Positions 60,033-64,000 of a stretch of 64,000 bases of DNA are shown here, piece by piece. A model generated the notes under the pieces. That model was not told the origin of the DNA, made no database searches, and was given only the letters and a program-made list of their open reading frames with translations. Origin of the DNA: Thermogladius sp. (GTDB lineage Archaea > Thermoproteota > Thermoprotei_A > Sulfolobales > Desulfurococcaceae). The position numbers were made by a program, and so were the translations under genes. The DNA is taken from positions 9,372 to 73,371 of the forward strand of contig JAEMPJ010000007.1 in NCBI GenBank assembly GCA_022759365.1. Reading direction: 5' to 3'. Numbering within the stretch: the first letter of the stretch is position 1; every line of letters starts with the position of its first letter.

Positions 60033-60505
60033 TCTGAAACCCCCTGCCTTATTCTAACTGCTTCACCCCATTTATAAAACACCATTTCCCACCCAGGTTT
60101 AACAGCGCGGCCCACAGCCAGCAACTCCCCTTTCTCATCCACGACAAGGACTTCATCCTCTGGCCTGATATCCGGGTCGGCCATCAATACGTGTTTGCAG
60201 AAGACATTGCCTCCTTTAGCGATGAATTCCGCGTACTTGCTCAACACGTATACTCGCATCTTAGGGTGGGGGAGGATTTTGTTTAATACAAGCCCGGATG
60301 TAACATACAGGTTGAACCTGTAGTCTGAGGCCCTTACAGCCAGGTAAGGTTTTGAGTCAACGATTATCCTCCTAAGCTTGAGTGTGCTTCTACTGAACTC
60401 TCCTTCCGCGTCATCTGGTATAAACTCCCCTCCAACACCGAACTGCAACCCAGCTATATACCTCAACTCCTCTATCTCGCTCTCCGTAAGTCTTCTCCTA
60501 AGCAT
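60029..60505 (-). CDS. Stand-alone PUA-domain protein
   Basis: The C-terminal half, VFCKHVLMADPDIRPEDEVLVVDEKGELLAVGRAV, is a PUA pattern. Size is 158 aa. Confidence 0.6.
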   Translation of the reverse strand: MLRRRLTESEIEELRYIAGLQFGVGGEFIPDDAEGEFSRSTLKLRRIIVDSKPYLAVRASDYRFNLYVTSGLVLNKILPHPKMRVYVLSKYAEFIAKGGNVFCKHVLMADPDIRPEDEVLVVDEKGELLAVGRAVKPGWEMVFYKWGEAVRIRQGVSE

Positions 60506-60576
60506 GAGCTACCACATTTGCCTGGACTATAGGATATGTGATAGTTCCAACCCGATAAAAACAATCCACGCTGATG

Positions 60577-61827
60577 TTAAAGCATTACGCGGAGACTATT
60601 ATCCCTCTCCTCACTAATGCCTCTCCTAATATTCTTCTTCGACAAGACCTTCCTAACAGCTTGCTCAAAGTCCTCTCTAGTCACAACCCTCCTCCCAGAC
60701 CTAATCGCGTTGTAACCCGCTTCTGTTACAATAGCCTTGATCTCGGCCCCGCTCAAGCCCTCCGTCATGGCAGCTAGTTTGTACAAGTCGACGTCGTCGC
60801 TTAGTTTCATCCTCCTCGTGTGCACTTTAAATATCTCGTACCTGCCCTGTCTGTCTGGTAGAGGGATTTCGATCAGCCTGTCAAGCCTCCCCGGCCTCAG
60901 GATAGCTTGATCCAGTATGTCTATCCTGTTAGTAGCCGCGATCACCTTAACCCTGTCGAGAGGCCGGAACCCATCTATCTCCGCTAGCAACTGCATTAGC
61001 GTCCTCTGAACCTCTCTTTCACCACTCGTGCCTATGTCAATTCTCTTAGCCGCTATAGCGTCTATCTCGTCTATGAACACGATGGCTGGGGCCTTCCTCC
61101 TAGCTAGGCTAAACACCTCTTTAACTATCCTGGCCCCCTCTCCAATGAATTTCTGAACCAGCTCGCTCCCCACAATACTGATAAACGTTGCCTGAGACTC
61201 ACGTGCTACAGCTTTAGCCAGCAGAGTCTTACCGCAACCAGGCGGCCCGTATAACAGGACTCCCTTAGGAGGCTCTATGCCGATCTCCTTGAATAACTCC
61301 GGGTTTTTCAACGGTAGTTCAACAACCTCTCTCAACTCTCTTATCTGCTCTTTCAAACCTCCTACATCATCGTATGTTACCTCAGGCCTCTCGATAACCT
61401 CGAAGGATTGAACATAGGGATCCTCGTATTCCGGGAGTACATCGACTATTGTGGAACCCCTCTGGTTTAATGCCACCCGGGCACCTGGGACAAGTTTATC
61501 GCGTGGAACGCTCTCCGAGATATAGACGATCAGGTTGGGCCCCGTCGTGCTCCTGACAACCGCCCTATTCCCGTCGATCAAATGCAGTAGGACTCCCTCG
61601 ATCAAAGGAGGAGACAGAAGGTTCTCTATTTCCTTCTTATAGTAGTTGATCTTCATGTTGAGCCTTTTAATCTCGTTCTCCATCTCCCTGACCTTGCTCT
61701 CCAAATACTTTACGTAGTCGTCCTCCGACATACGGGCTTCAGCAGCGTTATCCTGGATGTCTTCGCTTGACATGAAAGCCCCTTTCCCTTTATCGGTATT
61801 AAGAAGGTCTTTAAAACCCGGACTCAA
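60577..61827 (-). CDS. pan: Proteasome-activating nucleotidase (PAN, Rpt-like AAA ATPase)
   Basis: N-terminal coiled coil, OB region, Walker [14 protein letters not shown], Walker [10 protein letters not shown] and ATNRIDILD. Confidence 0.93.
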   Translation of the reverse strand: MSPGFKDLLNTDKGKGAFMSSEDIQDNAAEARMSEDDYVKYLESKVREMENEIKRLNMKINYYKKEIENLLSPPLIEGVLLHLIDGNRAVVRSTTGPNLIVYISESVPRDKLVPGARVALNQRGSTIVDVLPEYEDPYVQSFEVIERPEVTYDDVGGLKEQIRELREVVELPLKNPELFKEIGIEPPKGVLLYGPPGCGKTLLAKAVARESQATFISIVGSELVQKFIGEGARIVKEVFSLARRKAPAIVFIDEIDAIAAKRIDIGTSGEREVQRTLMQLLAEIDGFRPLDRVKVIAATNRIDILDQAILRPGRLDRLIEIPLPDRQGRYEIFKVHTRRMKLSDDVDLYKLAAMTEGLSGAEIKAIVTEAGYNAIRSGRRVVTREDFEQAVRKVLSKKNIRRGISEERDNSLRVML

Positions 61828-61873
61828 TAATTTTAAACCAGCTTAGAGAAGATGTTTCTACCAGGTTATTGAA

Positions 61874-62374
61874 ATGCCATGTTACTGCGAAATATGCGGC
61901 AGGGAGGTAACGAACGATAGGGATTGCAAGAAGGTTGTAGTCGAAGGCTCGATCCTCCACGTATGCCCAGACTGCTATCGCAGGCTTGTAGGGAGCGGTA
62001 AAGCGAAACCATATGTTGAGGAAAACAGGAAACCATTAGTGGTCTCTAAGAGTAAAAGCGTTGTGAAGACGAGTGCCGGGGGCTTTAAAGATGAGTTCGA
62101 GATAGTTGAGGACTACGCCAAGAGGATAAGAGAAGCCCGGGAGAGGTTGGGGTGGACTCAAAGCGTTCTAGCAGCTAAAATCAGGGAGAGCGAGAACACG
62201 ATTAAGAGGATAGAGTCGGGGAGGCTTAAACCTAGTCTGGAGCTGGCTAGGAGACTTGAGAAAATCCTGGGGATCAAGCTTATTGAGAGAACAGTTGAGG
62301 AGACCCCTCAACAGGCGAGCGATGAAGAGGACTATTTCACCATAGGTGATCTAATTAGAGTGAGCAAGAAGTGA
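61874..62374 (+). CDS. mbf1: Archaeal multiprotein bridging factor 1 (Zn ribbon plus XRE-type HTH)
   Basis: CEICG...CPDCY followed by RIREARERLGWTQSVLAAKIRESENTIKRIESG. Confidence 0.85.
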   Translation: MPCYCEICGREVTNDRDCKKVVVEGSILHVCPDCYRRLVGSGKAKPYVEENRKPLVVSKSKSVVKTSAGGFKDEFEIVEDYAKRIREARERLGWTQSVLAAKIRESENTIKRIESGRLKPSLELARRLEKILGIKLIERTVEETPQQASDEEDYFTIGDLIRVSKK

Positions 62375-63435
62375 AGCCTGGTAGAGTAGTAGCCTTTATA
62401 CCCAGCAAATACAGGGATTTCCTCGACGAGGAGCTGACTCTAATTAAAACAGTATACGGGAGTGTAGACGAGGTACACATAGTCAGGAAGCCTAACACGA
62501 GGACTTACATTCAGAAGGATAAGCTAGAATATTTGTCCCGGAACCCCCCTCAAAAACTAGTTGTAATGGATATCTTGAAGCCAAGCCAGGTCTCGAATAT
62601 CTTGAGGGAGGTTAATACTGAGGTTGTAGACAGAGTCATGTTAATACTCGAGATATTCGCACAACACGCTGGTAGCAGGGAGGCCCTCCTACAGATAGAG
62701 CTAGCCAGGATCAAACACATGCTACCTCTAATCAAGGATTTCATCAGGAGGTCTAAGCTCGGTGAGCTAGCCGGCTTCCTGGGGCCTGGCAGGTATGGCT
62801 ACGAGAAATACTACACGTACTTGAGGGGGAGGGAGAGCCGTATTAGAAGGGAGATCGAGGAGATTAGGAGGGTTAGAGAGGTTAGGAGGGAGAGGAGGAT
62901 GAGGGAAGGCGTACCCCACGTAGCGATAGCCGGCTACACATGCGCGGGGAAGACAACGCTGTTTAACGCCCTCACAGGTAAAAACATGCCTGTTGGACCC
63001 GAGCCTTTCACCACACTTAGCCCGAAGACCGCTAAGATGGATATAAACGGTGTTCACGTAGTTGTGACGGATACCGTGGGTTTTATAAGGGATCTCCCGC
63101 CGGAGATAACTGAGGCCTTCTACGCTACTCTCGAGGAGATAACAGCCTCCGACCTAATAGTACTAGTAGTAGACTCTTCTAAGCCTAAGCCCAGGGTTGT
63201 AAATGAAATAGAGTCTTCTATGAGGGTTTTCAATGAGATAGGTGTTCACGGGAAGCCCCTGTTAATCGCATTGAACAAGATAGATCTAGTGGACAATAGC
63301 GTGGTAAACGAGTTGACGAATGACATAGCGATGCTCATAGGCGACTCCAGTAAAATAATACCTATCTCCGCCGAGAAGAGGATAAACCTGGACAAGCTTA
63401 AAAACGAGGTTGTAAGAACTATCAAAGGCTTGTGA
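62371..63435 (+). CDS. hflX: GTPase HflX
   Basis: HflX N-domain (LQIELARIKH), G1 GYTCAGKTTLFN, G3 DTVGF and G4 NKID. The GTG start overlaps the mbf1 stop. Confidence 0.88.
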   Translation: MKPGRVVAFIPSKYRDFLDEELTLIKTVYGSVDEVHIVRKPNTRTYIQKDKLEYLSRNPPQKLVVMDILKPSQVSNILREVNTEVVDRVMLILEIFAQHAGSREALLQIELARIKHMLPLIKDFIRRSKLGELAGFLGPGRYGYEKYYTYLRGRESRIRREIEEIRRVREVRRERRMREGVPHVAIAGYTCAGKTTLFNALTGKNMPVGPEPFTTLSPKTAKMDINGVHVVVTDTVGFIRDLPPEITEAFYATLEEITASDLIVLVVDSSKPKPRVVNEIESSMRVFNEIGVHGKPLLIALNKIDLVDNSVVNELTNDIAMLIGDSSKIIPISAEKRINLDKLKNEVVRTIKGL

Positions 63436-63438
63436 GGA

Positions 63439-64000
63439 ATGGTTGAAATCTACGTTTTGAGAATAGGGCATAGGCCCGGTAGAGATAAGAGGGTTACAAC
63501 GCACGTTGGTTTGGTTGCAAGGGCTTTCGGCGCCAATGGACTGATTCTAGGAGACATCGTAGACGAAGGCGTTGCAAGGTCTCTGAGAAAAATCTCCCAG
63601 CTATGGGGAGGGGTTTTTGACGTGATTATGGGTGTGAACTCCGTGGAGTACGCTAAAAAGTGGAAGCAGAGAGGGCTGGTAGTCCACTTGACAATGTACG
63701 GCCTACACGTGGATGACGTCATAGATGAGATACGAGGTAGCGGCAAAGACCTGCTTATTGTGGTTGGAGCAGAGAAAGTCCCGAGAATCTTCTACGAGCT
63801 CGCGGACTACAATGTGGCGGTAGGTCACCAGCCGCACTCAGAGGTAGCTGCGCTAGCAGTTTTCCTAGATAGGTATTATAAGGGTGCAGAGCTACATAGA
63901 GAATTTAGTGGCGCGAAGTTAGCAGTGATCCCCACACCTAAAGGTAAAAAGGTGTTGAGAATTGGCAACAGAGAAAACAGTGACCGACACGCCAAAAACG
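63439..64000 (+). CDS. trm56: tRNA (cytidine56-2'-O)-methyltransferase Trm56 (SPOUT); 3' end runs off the window
   Basis: Manual translation [34 protein letters not shown]...VVGAEKVP...[21 protein letters not shown]. Not in the ORF track because no stop is reached. Confidence 0.8.
   Translation, partial: MVEIYVLRIGHRPGRDKRVTTHVGLVARAFGANGLILGDIVDEGVARSLRKISQLWGGVFDVIMGVNSVEYAKKWKQRGLVVHLTMYGLHVDDVIDEIRGSGKDLLIVVGAEKVPRIFYELADYNVAVGHQPHSEVAALAVFLDRYYKGAELHREFSGAKLAVIPTPKGKKVLRIGNRENSDRHAKN

Noticed and set aside
1-64000. CRISPR arrays, rRNA genes, transposases
   Set aside because: I saw no regularly spaced direct repeats, no rRNA-like conserved segments, and no DDE/IS or integrase-like ORFs while reading through the window and the ORF track.

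Overview
This is a chromosomal window from a hyperthermophilic crenarchaeon (Thermoproteota, Desulfurococcales-like by gene content). That assignment is inferred from gene families, not from a search. About 19.6 kb of the minus strand (708..20307) is one co-directional translation supercluster. It runs SPOUT MTase, L3-L4-L23-L2, then S19-L22-S3-L29-Rpp29-S17-L14-L24-S4e-L5-S14-S8-L6-L32e-L19e-L18-S5-L30-L15-SecY, then L34e-Cmk-L14e-Cbf5-MTase. Two things interrupt the textbook picture. A MoxR-like AAA+ ATPase plus VWA/MIDAS gene pair sits between L2 and S19. The cbf5 gene is split by a 24-nt in-frame stop-containing insert that looks like the known crenarchaeal pre-mRNA intron. The rest of the window mixes core information-processing genes with metabolism genes. 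The core genes are PCNA, Topo VI A/B, a PolB2-type polymerase, an Lhr-like helicase, Rpo8, Elf1, MBF1, an Sm-like protein, ArcTGT, RtcB, an EndA-like subunit, HisRS, thermosome, PAN, PAC2, HflX, Trm56 and tRNA-Pro. The metabolism genes are the four-subunit POR, GGGP synthase, MtnA and a class II aldolase. There are also several membrane or DNA-translocation style modules: a Ced/VirB-like cluster (VirB2-like, VirB6-like and VirB4-like), a minimal archaeal type IV pilus operon, and two further FtsK-HerA superfamily ATPases, one of them fused to a polytopic membrane domain. I saw no CRISPR arrays, rRNA genes, transposases or integrases. All functional calls come from motif and pattern recognition on the supplied translations; no database search was run.
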